Positions 1-12,245 of a DNA stretch of 64,000 bases are shown in pieces. Position numbers and translations under genes: made by a program. Position 1 is the first letter of the stretch; the number at the start of each line of letters is the position of its first letter. This DNA comes from Adineta vaga (Eukaryota; Animalia; Rotifera), in assembly GCA_021613535.1 (NCBI GenBank), contig CP075497.1, forward strand, positions 6,076,001 through 6,140,000. Direction: 5' to 3'. Under the pieces are notes generated by a model, which worked only from the letters and a program-made list of their open reading frames with translations, was not told the origin of the DNA and made no database searches.

Positions 1-819
1 CAACAACGATCGACCATCGACTATTTTCTGCACATTCACATGTCACCAACATTACAACCACCATCGTCATTGTCTTCATCAGCAATGACAAGCACAGGAT
101 CAGCTCTTTCATTTCGATCCAATCGTCTCAAACCGGTATGTTTCATTCTTTTTCTCATGATCATCATCGCCTGTCACCGTCATTTGCCTAGATCCAAGTA
201 GTGCCATGGAATATGAAAGACAACGTTTTTGTCATGCAACAAGAAAACATCTCGACCAACGAAACATCATACAAAGACTGGTCACGAACAATCTTTGTTT
301 CACCACTTCATGGCAAAATGACTGCATTCAGTCTTGCAACGATCATGTCCAGTGTGTTTGGATCGGTGTCGATGGCCCAGATAAATACAGATAAATATGG
401 ATATCCGACAGGTGAGTTGTTGAGAGTGAAAGATTGAGAATGTGAAGTGACAAAGGATGTTGATGTATAGGGACGGGAACAGTGTTGTTTTGTGACTCGC
501 ACAGTTACATGCGAGCAGTGGCTGCTGGTGCGATTGACATCAAGTCCGATTGTTTTCATAAGCTGGTAAGTTGTTAGTTTTGTTTATGCAACGGTCAGAA
601 GATGATGATCATGATCGTGATGTTTAGCTTGATATTGATCCATTTCTGCGCGAAAATGAACCATGTGCATTTTGTCCATCGGTTGCTGATTTGTTTTGTC
701 GAAACTTCCATTGTCTTCGATCATATTGTAAACAATGTTGGGTGAATCGTCATGGTACGAAGCCACTTGCTGATCATCAACCTGCAACTCGACGACAACA
801 ACCATTACCACATATTTAA
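1..819 (+). CDS. CPEB1: CPEB1/Orb-like RNA-binding protein, copy A (5'-truncated by window edge; exons 1-135, 192-411, 471-565, 628-819)
   Basis: Spliced translation gives the end of RRM1, RRM2 (RTIFVSPLHG...INTDKYGYPTGTG) and the ZZ zinc finger (CAFC...FCRNFHCLRSYCKQCWVNRH...H), ending RRQQPLPHI*. All introns are GT-AG. Confidence 0.85.
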
Positions 820-3800
820 AAAATACAATCTATCAAACTTAGCGAAGATCATCCTTCGTTTTTCTTTCTATTTTTCATTTTTATTCACTTTTGTATACAG
901 TATCTTTCATTTCTTATCGAAAAACAGGCTGGTCGTATCTTCATTTTTTATGTGTTTGAAAATTCGATGTGAAAATTGGATATTGTACTTTTTTTACTTG
1001 TGTCAGTATGTAGTATAGTTTTTCGTGTACATAAACTGTATTTCTATCAACAGAACTACCATGTAGTTTACTTGTTGAATAATATCGTTTATCGTTGTTT
1101 ATTTGTTTTTCTATTAACTAATTGTCATTTGAACTAATAGTAAACTATTTTTCACCGGTATTGTAAATATTTGCAGAGGGGTAACTTCGGAAATGAAGAT
1201 ATTTCCTGTTTACTTTGTGTTTTGAACCTCCCTATATGTTGTTGTCATCGTAATGATTTTTCATTGTTTTTCTTCAAGAAAATATATAATTGTTTGATGA
1301 TCTAAATAATATATTTTCTTTCAGTCACGAAATGCAATATCTAAATACATGTGAATGGAATGTATGAGGAACACATTTTTTCATAGTGACATATTGAATG
1401 CATAGAAATTATAAATAATGCAACGGTTTCAATAACGATATATTTGAAGATTTGAAAGAAAATCGTTTATTTTTTCTTTTCAGTAATTTAAATATTACTA
1501 GCTATATAAATGTCAATTCATTGTCTTTTCTTCAATCCCTCGATATATACGTATATATGTAACTCGATAATGTTAGAAGAAACAGAAAAAATGTTAATTG
1601 TTCATTTCATTTCGTCTTACACGTGTTCAATATTTGTAGAAAAAGAGAATCAAAGGCGCAAGTTGAATAAGAATGAATTCAAACATCGAATTCATTACAA
1701 CTGATTGTTGTGTTATTATATGTCACGTCAAAGTAACGATGTTACGACCATTATTAAAATATGTTCGTGTTGTACAGGATGACCGACGATTAAAATCGAA
1801 TTGATACTTCCGACTACAGGTATAGAAAGTTGAATTTTCTTCTTTTGTAATGATAAAATGAGTAAATAGAATCATTTTTTCCGATTGACTCTAGTCCAAT
1901 CTATATCTCGACTTGAAACGGCAATCTAATAAATTAAGTGTGAAAGAACAATTTCGATATGTTCAAGAAATGATGGCATATAAAAAAGAAACAGATCAAT
2001 TCATTGATGTTTCTTCTTAATATTAATAAATAACTATGTTGAGATTGTGTGTGAATCTAAACTCATTTGCTATTGAATATATTTCTTCTGTAAGTAGATG
2101 GGATAAATAAGCAATGTCTACTTTTAGATTTGTCTCTAGTTTTTAAATCTATATTTAATGGACAAAAATTTTACAAAAACGACTTCGTCATCCGATTTGG
2201 GTGAGTTTGTTGACTTCAATATTCTTCACTAACAATAAACATTTTTATTATATAGGTTCATCGGATAACGAAAGTAATATTCAATCAACATCTCGTTTTC
2301 CATTCTTTCCATCATCACAGTCAACAATGACTGTGACCAACACATTCAATGATATAGATGAAGGATTTGAAAATCAAATTTTTTTTCGTGATGATCTTGG
2401 TCTATCACGAACGTCAACAACGGTTCGATGGTGAGTGCAAGTTTAACTCAACTAAAGAATATTCTGTTTGATATTTTACATGTTCTAGGCAATCCGAAAT
2501 GAGAAATTTGAATTCTTCTAAACAACAAACTTCATCTGTACTATCTTCTTTTAATGAAGATTTTCTGTAGGTATATTCAGTATTATTCGATGTTCTATCT
2601 TATGCTTATACGAGCTATCTAGAAATAACAAAGATGTATCTACATCATCAATGACAAATGTTTTAATCTCACCTATGTCTCGTTTGTCGACATCATCATC
2701 TGTTATGTCGTTCAACAGCATCGGCGCTTATAAAACTTTTGAACAACAACAACATTCAGTACGTACTAACTCACGCATAAGCTTTGAAATAAACTTCAGT
2801 TTTTCAATTGTATCTCATTCACAAATCTAATCGTGACATTGTCATTTCAATCACACTTCTTCATTTTAGTCTCGCTCAACAATAACCAATTCAACTGATC
2901 AGTTAATTATGTCGAATGAAAATATCAACCATTTTCCATCTATGAAATCATATTTACCATTACCAGCACCATTGTCAAATCGACAAACATTCTCTGCTAT
3001 TGACAACATTCCATCCATCGTCTCAGACAATGATCTGCAACGAGTTCCACCTTCCTTCAGAACACTCACATCCTCAGCAACATTTGGTACATTTTCTACT
3101 ATCTAACTCTTCATCATTCATACTCTTGTTCATTCTAGGCAATGGTTCTCTCCTACAATCTCAAACACAGCCACAACCACAGATTGTTCACAGTGCTGGT
3201 CGATCAAATCCAATGCCATCTTGGCGAGGTTACTTACCAATGAGATTCGAGCCCATGACCATTGATCAATATCAAATCAACTCTAACTTCTCACAAAAAG
3301 TGTTTCTTGGTGGTATTTCTCCTGAACTCACCGAAGGTAAGTCGTCCTCTTATCCTCATTTATCATGTACACTTTGTGCTTTAGCTGAGTTGTTGTTGGT
3401 ATTGAGAAAGTTTGGCAAATGCAACATCAAATGGCCAAAGAATGATGGACTCAATCACAACATGCCAGGTTTCTGTCATGTTGTATTTCGAGAATCTCGA
3501 TCAGTGTGTGAACTTCTCAAACATTGCACTCGTCAACAACGATCGACCATCGACTATTTTCTGCACATTCACATGTCACCAACATTACAACCACCATCGT
3601 CATTGTCTTCATCAGCAATGACAAGCACAGGATCAGCTCTTTCATTTCGATCGAATCGTCTCAAACCGGTATGTTTCATTCTTTTTCTCATGATCATCAT
3701 CGCCTGCCACCGTCATTTGCCTAGATCCAAGTGGTGCCATGGAATATGAAAGATAACGTTTTTGTTATGCAGCAAGAAAATATCTCGACCAACGAAACAT

Positions 3801-4334
3801 CATACAAAGACTGGTCACGAACAATCTTTGTTTCACCACTTCATGGCAAAATGACTGCATTTAGTCTTGCAACGATCATGTCCAGTGTGTTTGGATCGGT
3901 GTCGATGGCCCAGATAAATACAGATAAATATGGATATCCGACAGGTGAGTAGTTGAGAGTGAAAGATTGAGAATGTGAAGTGACAAAGGATGTTGATGTA
4001 TAGGAACGGGAACAGTGTTGTTTTGTGACTCGCACAGTTACATGCGAGCAGTGGCTGCTGGTGCAATTGATATCAAGTCTGATTGTTTTCATAAGCTGGT
4101 AAGTTGTTAGTTTTGTTTATGCAACGGTCAGAAGATGATGATCGTGATCGTGATGTTTAGCTTGATATTGATCCATTTCTGCGAGAAAATGAACCATGTG
4201 CATTTTGTCCATCAGTTGCTGATTTGTTTTGTCGAAACTTTCATTGTCTTCGATCATATTGCAAACAATGTTGGGTGAATCGTCATGGTACGAAGCCACT
4301 TGCTGATCATCAACCTGCAACTCGACGACAACAA
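1..4334 (+). repeat. Direct duplication: 1-801 matches 3534-4334 (offset 3533, no indels, ~98% identity)
   Basis: Base-by-base comparison by eye found ~18 substitutions; similarity ends abruptly after the RRQQ codons. Confidence 0.95.
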
Positions 4335-4343
4335 ATCTTTTAA
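2158..4343 (+). CDS. CPEB1: CPEB1/Orb-like RNA-binding protein, copy B (complete, ~10 coding exons)
   Basis: ATG 2158 (MDKNFTK) splices in frame through a Ser/Thr-rich N-terminus, RRM1 (SQKVFLGGISPELTEAELL...KWP...GFCHVVF), RRM2 and the ZZ domain; ends RRQQIF* at 4343. Confidence 0.88.
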
Positions 4344-4877
4344 AGGATTAAGTACAAACGATGTTTGTAATCATTTTTTTTCTTTTTCTGTTTTTTGAAT
4401 CTTCCTTTGTATGTATTGTGGTTTCTTTTTTCTTTTCTGTTTTTATCTTGAAAATTAGTTATTGTGCTTTTGTGTATGTGTGTGTGATATACTATTTTAC
4501 TGTTATGAACCACCTATCGATCGAAGGCTGCAGTTTATTGTGCTTTCAATCGATATTCTTTACCATTGTTTGTTTTGTTTTTCTGATAAGATTGCTCAGT
4601 TTGTTGTGGATTTTGTCTTTGTTATAAGGACTTTTATGGAAATGTTTTACCTGATGAAACAAAAGAAAGATATGAAATATATCAAAATAAATATAGGTGT
4701 GTTTAAGATTGCTCTCGAACAATATTTTGTATTAAATAGGAAAAGAAAGTTCAAGTTCATATAAACCATCACTATTCAAATGTTCTTTTTGATATTTAAG
4801 TGATAATTTTATTTTATTCTAAATAAAAGTTTTCCCGATTAGAAAAAAAGAATAGTACATAATTTGAGAGTGTTTTT

Positions 4878-7217
4878 TTACAACCATGTTGATCCTTCCT
4901 CTGAAGTTTTCATTTTTCTAACTAATTGTTGATCACTACATTTTTCATATGCATCTTGTGCTGTACCATCTGGATCATATTCAAGACGTAAACGATAAAG
5001 TGCATCAACAAATGTAACAAAATCCAACGTATCAAGTTTTTTTCCATGGAATAATTTGTAATATTTCGTATACACTCGAATATACTCATTACGATAGAAT
5101 AGTTTTATATGACGTGCATAAACAATTAGAGCTGTACCAGTATGAAATCGATCAGCATAGAAGGTAATCAAATCTTTATGTATATGATTATCATCAAACC
5201 ATTGTTGAATATCCTTTTTTGTCCAATCTTTTAATGTAAGTAATTTATTTTCTTCGATTTCAATATCTTTTACTGAAATTGTTTCAGATGATGAACATGA
5301 AACAGATTGTGTTGGTGGCAATGAAGGTTTGGAAATTATGAGTGGAGCTAGTTTTTGGTCAGTATCAATCATTGATGATAATTCTTTAATAGCATCGGAA
5401 AATAATTTTCGTCCAAAATGAATATATTTTTGGCCTGCAATTCGAATACCAAGCCAACCACTAGCACGATATTGTTGATTGGGTGCATAGATGGGTACAA
5501 TACGTTTTTTTAATGTATCACTTGCATATGAAAGTTCTTGTCGACATGACTTTGAATCATAATATTCTTTTGAAACAATGAGAACGATAACAGTTGCCAT
5601 TTCCATTGCACGTGCAATTTCTTCCCAAAGATCATCGGAATGAGCAACGGCATCACGTGCTTGTTTATAATCTACCCAAACAGGTACATGAATTGATAAA
5701 CGTTCAACAAGTTCTCGACAAAATTCTGAATCACTATGTGAATAACTAATCATTACAAGTGGTCGTTGATTTGTTTCTTCATTTGATACATTTGACATTG
5801 GACGTACGGATGATTTGAGATTCCATAAAATGCCTTCTGCAGCTTTTTTCAATGAACATAAATCACGTGGAATAGATTTTGTTCGTGTTCCAATATATAA
5901 TGCTGATGATGTTGCTAAATTTGATATGGTATGCATAAGAAGTGAATTTGATTGAAAATTTTCATGATAACATTGATGAAATGATATACTCCATAGTAAA
6001 TTTGTCAATGATAATAATGCTTCATCATCGTATGGTTGATGAATTCGATTGGTATCGCTAACAATAGTTGTAAAATGTACAATTAACTGTGCTAAACATT
6101 GAAATAATTCATTATTTATATTCATACATTTAATTAATATATCATCATTAACAAATACTTTACAAAGTACAGTTAAAATTTCTGATATATGAAAACAACG
6201 ATAAAATAAATGTTCACTACGTGCTGCTTCAAGTGTATGGAAAACTAGATCATGAAGTGTTTGACACATTCGACTATCAGCTAACATTGTCAAATGTTTA
6301 ATTTCATCGGCTTCAGTAAGTAGTGCATAGATCATACATTGAAGAAAAGAAAGACATTTATATTGAGATTCAGTATGAGTTTTTTCTATTTGTTCACGAC
6401 TTTCACCAAGAACTTGAAGGCAATTTAATTGATTAAGAATTTCGACACCATCTGGATGTCGAGCTAATTTTTGAAGAATTAAATGTATATAATGATCGAT
6501 ATTATACGATACTCGTGATTGTTTGTTTGTATTCATATCGATTAACCATTGAACACAAGCATGAGGCCATTGATTTTGAATAATTAATGGTATTAATATT
6601 GGTTTCTTCGAAAAAACTTTCATTAATCCTAAAATTGTTTGAATGACTAATTCACGATGTTGACATTGCCAATATGTTTTTGTAAATGTAAGTAAATATG
6701 AAAGTAAATTTGTTGGAATATCTTCTTGTTTTATTGGAGTTAAGACACTTGAAAATCCAACAATAGGTAAAATACAATTGATCAAATTATCATATCGTTC
6801 ATCGGCTGTAAAATAAGATTCCTTCAATAAAGCAATATAACTTCCAAATATAATTTCCAATCGAGATGTATCTTTCATTAAGATTAATACTTCAAATAAA
6901 CATATATTACGTAAAGCATTTGCTAATGTTTCCAAAAAGATTTTCGTTTGAATAAAATCATTATCATGTTCATCATGATTCGATAATATTTCATCAATAA
7001 TCGGAACAATACGATATAGATTATCAATAATAGCAAAATAAAATACTTTCTTATCTTGTAAACTATTTGAAAATGCACGTTTTAATTGAATATTCAATTG
7101 TTCAATAACATCTCCATGATTAATATTTGATAATTCTGATGTCGATAGAGCTTTCAAACTCTCGATAAATTCATCACCATTCATTTGACATTGAACAGAA
7201 TTCAAATCACCACTCAT
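4878..7217 (-). CDS. Intronless ARM-like repeat / TIR (TIR_2-type) / SAM-like domain protein, 779 aa
   Basis: TIR motifs VMISYSHSD, VWVD, EEIARAMEMATVIVLIVSKEYYDSKSCRQELSYA and KKRIVPI; helical ARM-like segments upstream (TNLLWSISF, AAEGILWNL); SAM-like start LKDWTKKDIQQWF. Confidence 0.85.
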   Translation of the reverse strand: MSGDLNSVQCQMNGDEFIESLKALSTSELSNINHGDVIEQLNIQLKRAFSNSLQDKKVFYFAIIDNLYRIVPIIDEILSNHDEHDNDFIQTKIFLETLANALRNICLFEVLILMKDTSRLEIIFGSYIALLKESYFTADERYDNLINCILPIVGFSSVLTPIKQEDIPTNLLSYLLTFTKTYWQCQHRELVIQTILGLMKVFSKKPILIPLIIQNQWPHACVQWLIDMNTNKQSRVSYNIDHYIHLILQKLARHPDGVEILNQLNCLQVLGESREQIEKTHTESQYKCLSFLQCMIYALLTEADEIKHLTMLADSRMCQTLHDLVFHTLEAARSEHLFYRCFHISEILTVLCKVFVNDDILIKCMNINNELFQCLAQLIVHFTTIVSDTNRIHQPYDDEALLSLTNLLWSISFHQCYHENFQSNSLLMHTISNLATSSALYIGTRTKSIPRDLCSLKKAAEGILWNLKSSVRPMSNVSNEETNQRPLVMISYSHSDSEFCRELVERLSIHVPVWVDYKQARDAVAHSDDLWEEIARAMEMATVIVLIVSKEYYDSKSCRQELSYASDTLKKRIVPIYAPNQQYRASGWLGIRIAGQKYIHFGRKLFSDAIKELSSMIDTDQKLAPLIISKPSLPPTQSVSCSSSETISVKDIEIEENKLLTLKDWTKKDIQQWFDDNHIHKDLITFYADRFHTGTALIVYARHIKLFYRNEYIRVYTKYYKLFHGKKLDTLDFVTFVDALYRLRLEYDPDGTAQDAYEKCSDQQLVRKMKTSEEGSTWL

Positions 7218-7327
7218 TTGATTTTTTTATAAGAAACAAAATGGCACAACGATTAAATATACGTCGAGATGTATTTATGTATAATTTTACCTTTACAAGT
7301 ATACTGTCATTAAATACAGATTTGCAT

Positions 7328-7373
7328 CCACGTCAAACGGCCGCATATATATATATGCATATAAAACACGTCA
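7328..7373 (-). promoter_or_regulatory. Two ATF/CREB-family ACGT sites (TGACGTGG, TGACGTGT) upstream of the TIR gene
   Basis: CCACGTCA at 7328-7335 and ACACGTCA at ~7366-7373 on the + strand, 110-155 bp upstream of ATG 7217. Confidence 0.3.
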
Positions 7374-7643
7374 TTTAATTAAATATGACAAAATGCCTTG
7401 TCATGCCGATAATAGCAGAATATATAACAATCTCGAAAACATTAGTCAAACTCTTATATATTGATATTACAGGTAGTCTGTCAATAGATTCGACATAAAT
7501 GGTCAATTTAATCGGATGAATAATCCATTCTCTTTCATTCTTTCTTGCTGTTTTTTTTCATATTATTGAAAGAAGATCCGTATAAATACATTCATGCACG
7601 CAAATACACACACTTGTAAAAAAAAGAATTTTATTGAATATGA

Positions 7644-8336
7644 TTAGTTACGTCGAAGTATAACTTGAGCTTTTTTATTCGCATCATCCATTCGATTTTG
7701 TCCAACGTCAACTTTCTTTGCAATACGATCGAGTTGACCCGTTTGAGTTTCTATTGTATCACCCATGTCCAGTGCCATATTCTTTAAATTCCCAAGATAT
7801 CCACTAACTAATTGTAAATTATCATCCATTTCTTCTTCTCTATCATCATTTGTGATACGAGTGACATAACCTTTTGAAGCCATACCTTCTTCACCAGCCA
7901 TTCGTAATTTTGGTTCGGCGGTGATTGGTGATGATTTTTGACTACTAATTGTTGTACTACTATTAACAAATGGTTGATGCATACGAATTTTTCGATTCCA
8001 TGGTAGAACACATAGACCACAACATTTTTGTAAATTGTTTAAATTTCTTTCTGCTTCATCCATACCAGCATGAATATTATCAAGTCCACCCTGTCGAAGG
8101 AAAAATTAAGAATAAAATTTATGCGTTTTCTTTTTGTTTACTTCAATTTGATTGAGTTTTTCACCTTGTTCATCAAGCATGATCATGGTATTAGTACCGA
8201 CTTCTTGAGATTCGGCAACTAAACCAAGCATACGACGTGTTGATTCTAAAGATTCATTTGTTTTTGAATGAATTTGTGCTTGAATTCCATCTAAATCATC
8301 ATTTCCCCCTTCACGATTATTATTTGATGAATACAT
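7644..8336 (-). CDS. SNAP25: SNAP-25 family Qbc-SNARE (intron 8091-8141)
   Basis: ESLESTRRMLGL, TMIMLDEQGEKL, palmitoylation cluster KCCGLCVLPW, YVTRITNDDREEEMDDNL, LKNMALDMG. Confidence 0.93.
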
Positions 8337-9001
8337 GAATGTATTGTCTTTTCTTTGCTTTTTGATATCTTATGTTGCCACCTTCTGGCTAAAATGAAAT
8401 ACAAAACAAAAAAGAATAGATATAATAGATATATGAGAGAAAAAAGTAAATGAAAAGACGTAACAGCGGGGTAACACAAGTAAGATAGGGTGATGATAGC
8501 GAACGAAAAGAAGAAGAAGAAGAAGAAGAGATAGATAATACAAAAGTAAAGAAATCAAATGATGTAAGATTATCATTGTATTAGTTCAATGTTTGCATAC
8601 AATGAAAAATTGCGAAAGAGGAACGTTTAATTCTTGTATATTGACTTACAAATATGAAAAATCAATACAATGAATTTTATCTTATTTAATACAAAGAAAT
8701 CGATATAAAGTATTGTTTCGATTGAAATAATAAACAGATGTTCTTATTCGAAAAAAATAAAATCAGAAAACATGTTCTGTTTCGCTCGATCAAACGAATA
8801 TGGATATATTTGTACGTTCGAATTCGATTTTTGTATTCATTGAACACAGATGGCGCTCTCTCACGTACCATCTGTTTCGATTGGTTAACAATACAGCGCG
8901 TCTTTGTCTCTCTGTCGACGGTGGTCCGTCCGTCTATGATTATCCATTCATTGTTAATTGTTTCACTTCACTCTAGTCATTTGTTTTTAGATCATCTAAC
9001 G

Positions 9002-11840
9002 ATGTCTTCGTTTGCAAGTCCTATTCCTCCGCCTGTTTTTGACTCGGATGAATCAGATGTAGCCAGTCAACAATCGACCGACAGTAGTTGTTTAGCATCT
9101 CAATTCAATCGACGTACTCGTCTTTCCTTTTCACCAAAATTAACTATTAATAGTAGTTGTAGTCAAGTTTTACCACCATCAGCAACACTTTTTGATGAAT
9201 CAACTTGTGGTAGTTGCAGTCAACCTTTACAAGATGATTCATGTAGTCTTAGTCAACAATCATCGCAACAAGACTTTATACTTAATGATTCAATGAATAT
9301 TGAATCAGCATTATCTCGTCTAACAACATTATCACAAACACCATCCGAAATCTCCTATCAATCATCACCGATATCTTCACATGTAACCAAATCACATGAA
9401 TTTAAATCACCATGTCATCTTCGTCATACGCCATCATCTGGTACTGTTGCATTAAAGCCGACTACAACTTATACAGTTAAATATGCAACAAAAAGTACAA
9501 CGAATAATAATAATAAACGTAAACGAAGTACCACAAGAAATCGAGATCCAGTATTAAAATCAGAATTATCTGTAGATCGTGTTTCATTGAAAACACCTGA
9601 TCAATCACCATGTACACGACGAAAAAATCTTGATTATGTGCAAGAAAGTACATTTCGTTCACCAAAAGTTCAACGTCGAAGTCGCCATCATGATGATTCT
9701 CTTACATTAACGACATCAACAATATCGCATCATGATGAACAATCAATAAATAAATCGAAAGGTATATTTCAAAGAGATTATCTTAACTAATTCTTGTTGT
9801 TTCTTTTTAAAGGTGATTTAGTAAATACCAATCCATTTAGTCCACAATTGAATTCTTCAACAAATAAACGTGTTAAACTTGATTCACCAAGTGTACCAAT
9901 CATTAAAACAACTACACCACCGACTCCTCGTTATCGTACACGTCTTGTTGCTAAACGTGATCAACAAGCTGCTGCACATGTTCCATCGGAACGTTGTCAA
10001 TCATCTCGAACTGTTCCGGCTGGTTCACCATCATTACGTGAATTAACGATTCGAAGATTTGATGAAGAATTTCATCAAGAATCTTTACTTGGCCATGGTG
10101 AATTTTCACATGTTTATTTATGTAAAAATCGTCTTGATGGAATTGTTTATGCTATTAAAGCATCGAAAACACCCGTACTTGGCACCAGTTATGAACAAAT
10201 GGCATGGCGAGAAACATGTGCACATGCAGTTCTTATTTCACATGAGAATTTAGTACGATATCATTCGGCATGGATTGAACCTGATGGAAGATTTTTTGTT
10301 CAATTAGAATATTGCAATGGTGGCTCTTTAGAAGATATAATTGAAAAAAATCGACGAAATCATTCATTTATGTACGAACAACAATTAAAACAAATACTTC
10401 ATCAGATGAGTGATGCTTTAGCATTTATGCATGCACAAGATTTAGCGCACTTAGATATAAAGCCAGCAAATATTATGTTAAGTCAACGTTCAGTGAATAT
10501 CAATTTTGATAAAGATGATGACGATGAAGCACATCAAATTATTTACAAACTTACGGATTTAGGACATGTTAGTCAAATAAGCATGTCATCAATGGAGGAA
10601 GATGGCGATAGTCGTTATCTAGCATTGGAAGCATTACAAACATCACATTCGAAACAATTGAATTTAGCTAAATGTGATATTTTTTCATTGGGATTATCAT
10701 TGTATGTTTGTGCAACAAATCGTGAAATGCCAAGACAAGGAAATGAATGGCAACAATTAAGATTGAATATTACTCAATATTTACATATAATATCACATTG
10801 TACAATTCAATTTAATGAACTTTTAATGGGACGTATGTGTAATGTTGATCCGAATCAACGACCATCAGCCTATGAAGTAAGTCTCCCGTTCTAGATGAGA
10901 ATCATGCACTAGAGTTTGTTATCATAAGTAAATTATATATCGAACAGGTGATACTTTTTCTCATGACTGCATTTTGAGAATATGAAATTGAAAAACAGTC
11001 ATTATTGAAATACAAAATTTGTTGTTTTTTTATTCTTTTCAATCAGTAAGAAGTGTTCATTTATATGCTGAGCTTAGCTCTTCGTCAAGATCCATCTCAT
11101 TAATGATTTATACTCTGTAAATTTTTATATGACACACACGATTTCCTTTCATAAGTATCTTTAGATTCCATAGAGATTAAATTAATTGATAATATAGACA
11201 TGCTATTACGCAGTAGTTTTGATCTTTTCTACATTTATTTTCTCTAAATAATCATGTAGAATGAAATATCATGAATTAAGGAGCAGATTAATTCATATTT
11301 CTTTTCTTTTTTTTGAATTATATAAAAATAACGAAATCTTTTTCTTTTAGCTTTTACTCAATCCAGTTGCTAGTCCATCATTACCTACTAGTCGAGAATC
11401 TCTTCGGTATGTTTTTATTATTCATATTGAGAAGAAGAAAAAAAGTTTCATTTTCTTCCTGATTATTTAGTCATAGTCTAAAACGTGAACGTCAAAAGAA
11501 CTTAATGTTAAATAAAAAATTACTCAGCCATTATCTTTTAACAAATTCCTCCGATCTTCAAACATTACCAACTGGTATTAATGATTCCAATCTTCCATGC
11601 CAACAAATTTTCGTTTCACCAACACAATCTACTATCGTTCCACAACATCAATATGCATCAACGCCGAATGATACATCTAGAATATTACTAATTAATACAT
11701 CAAGCTATTCAACTACAACTACATCGACAAATCTAAATCAATCATTTGCATCACCAGTACGTGGTGGATCATTAGTAACGAAACAATCAACAAAACCCAT
11801 TGGTACTAATATGTTTCGTCATTATTCGAGTATCATCTAG
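9002..11840 (+). CDS. WEE1: Wee1-like kinase (exons 9002-9761, 9813-10876, 11351-11406, 11471-11840)
   Basis: NTNPFSP, LGHGEFSHVYLCKNRLDGIVYAIK, VRYHSAW, EYCNGGSL, HLDIKPANI, YKLTDLGH, EDGDSRYL, and C-terminal coiled coil ESLRHSLKRERQKNLML; all splice junctions in frame. Confidence 0.92.
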
Positions 11841-12245
11841 ACTTCTTCATTTATGAATTTTCTTTTGCTCTTTTTTCCTCTCGTTCCTTTCTCTTTTTCA
11901 TTAATAGCCATAATACACTGTGACATGCTCACCAACCAAACGTTGTTCTCTCTTCTATTGCTTATCAACCAATAATAATAAAACGAATGCTGATTTTTTT
12001 TCTTTTTCTTTCTCTCTCTCTCTCTTCTTCACTTACGAAATAGTAAAACGCTTGTATACATTTCTTTTTCTTTTTTTGTTCTTCTCAACGTGATCTCTAG
12101 TCTTATTGCTTGTCTATCTCTGTAAAGATTTGTTCTATTTTTTTTTGTTAATCTGTGTTTTTCTGCTCTTGTTAGATTTGTTCGAAATGATTAAAAAAAT
12201 ATTGATATTAAATAAATAAACTTCATTTTGTATTCTTTTTTGAAG

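Noticed and set aside
308-4320. Minus-strand ORFs 308-559, 584-811, 3833-4092 and 4117-4320 that recur in both repeats
   Set aside because: They are antisense shadows of CPEB exons. Substitutions are synonymous in the CPEB frame and change residues in these ORFs.
8738-9001. 88-codon N-terminal extension of the Wee1 ORF
   Set aside because: It reads like promoter or UTR sequence, and an acceptor-like site at 8990 directly precedes ATG 9002.
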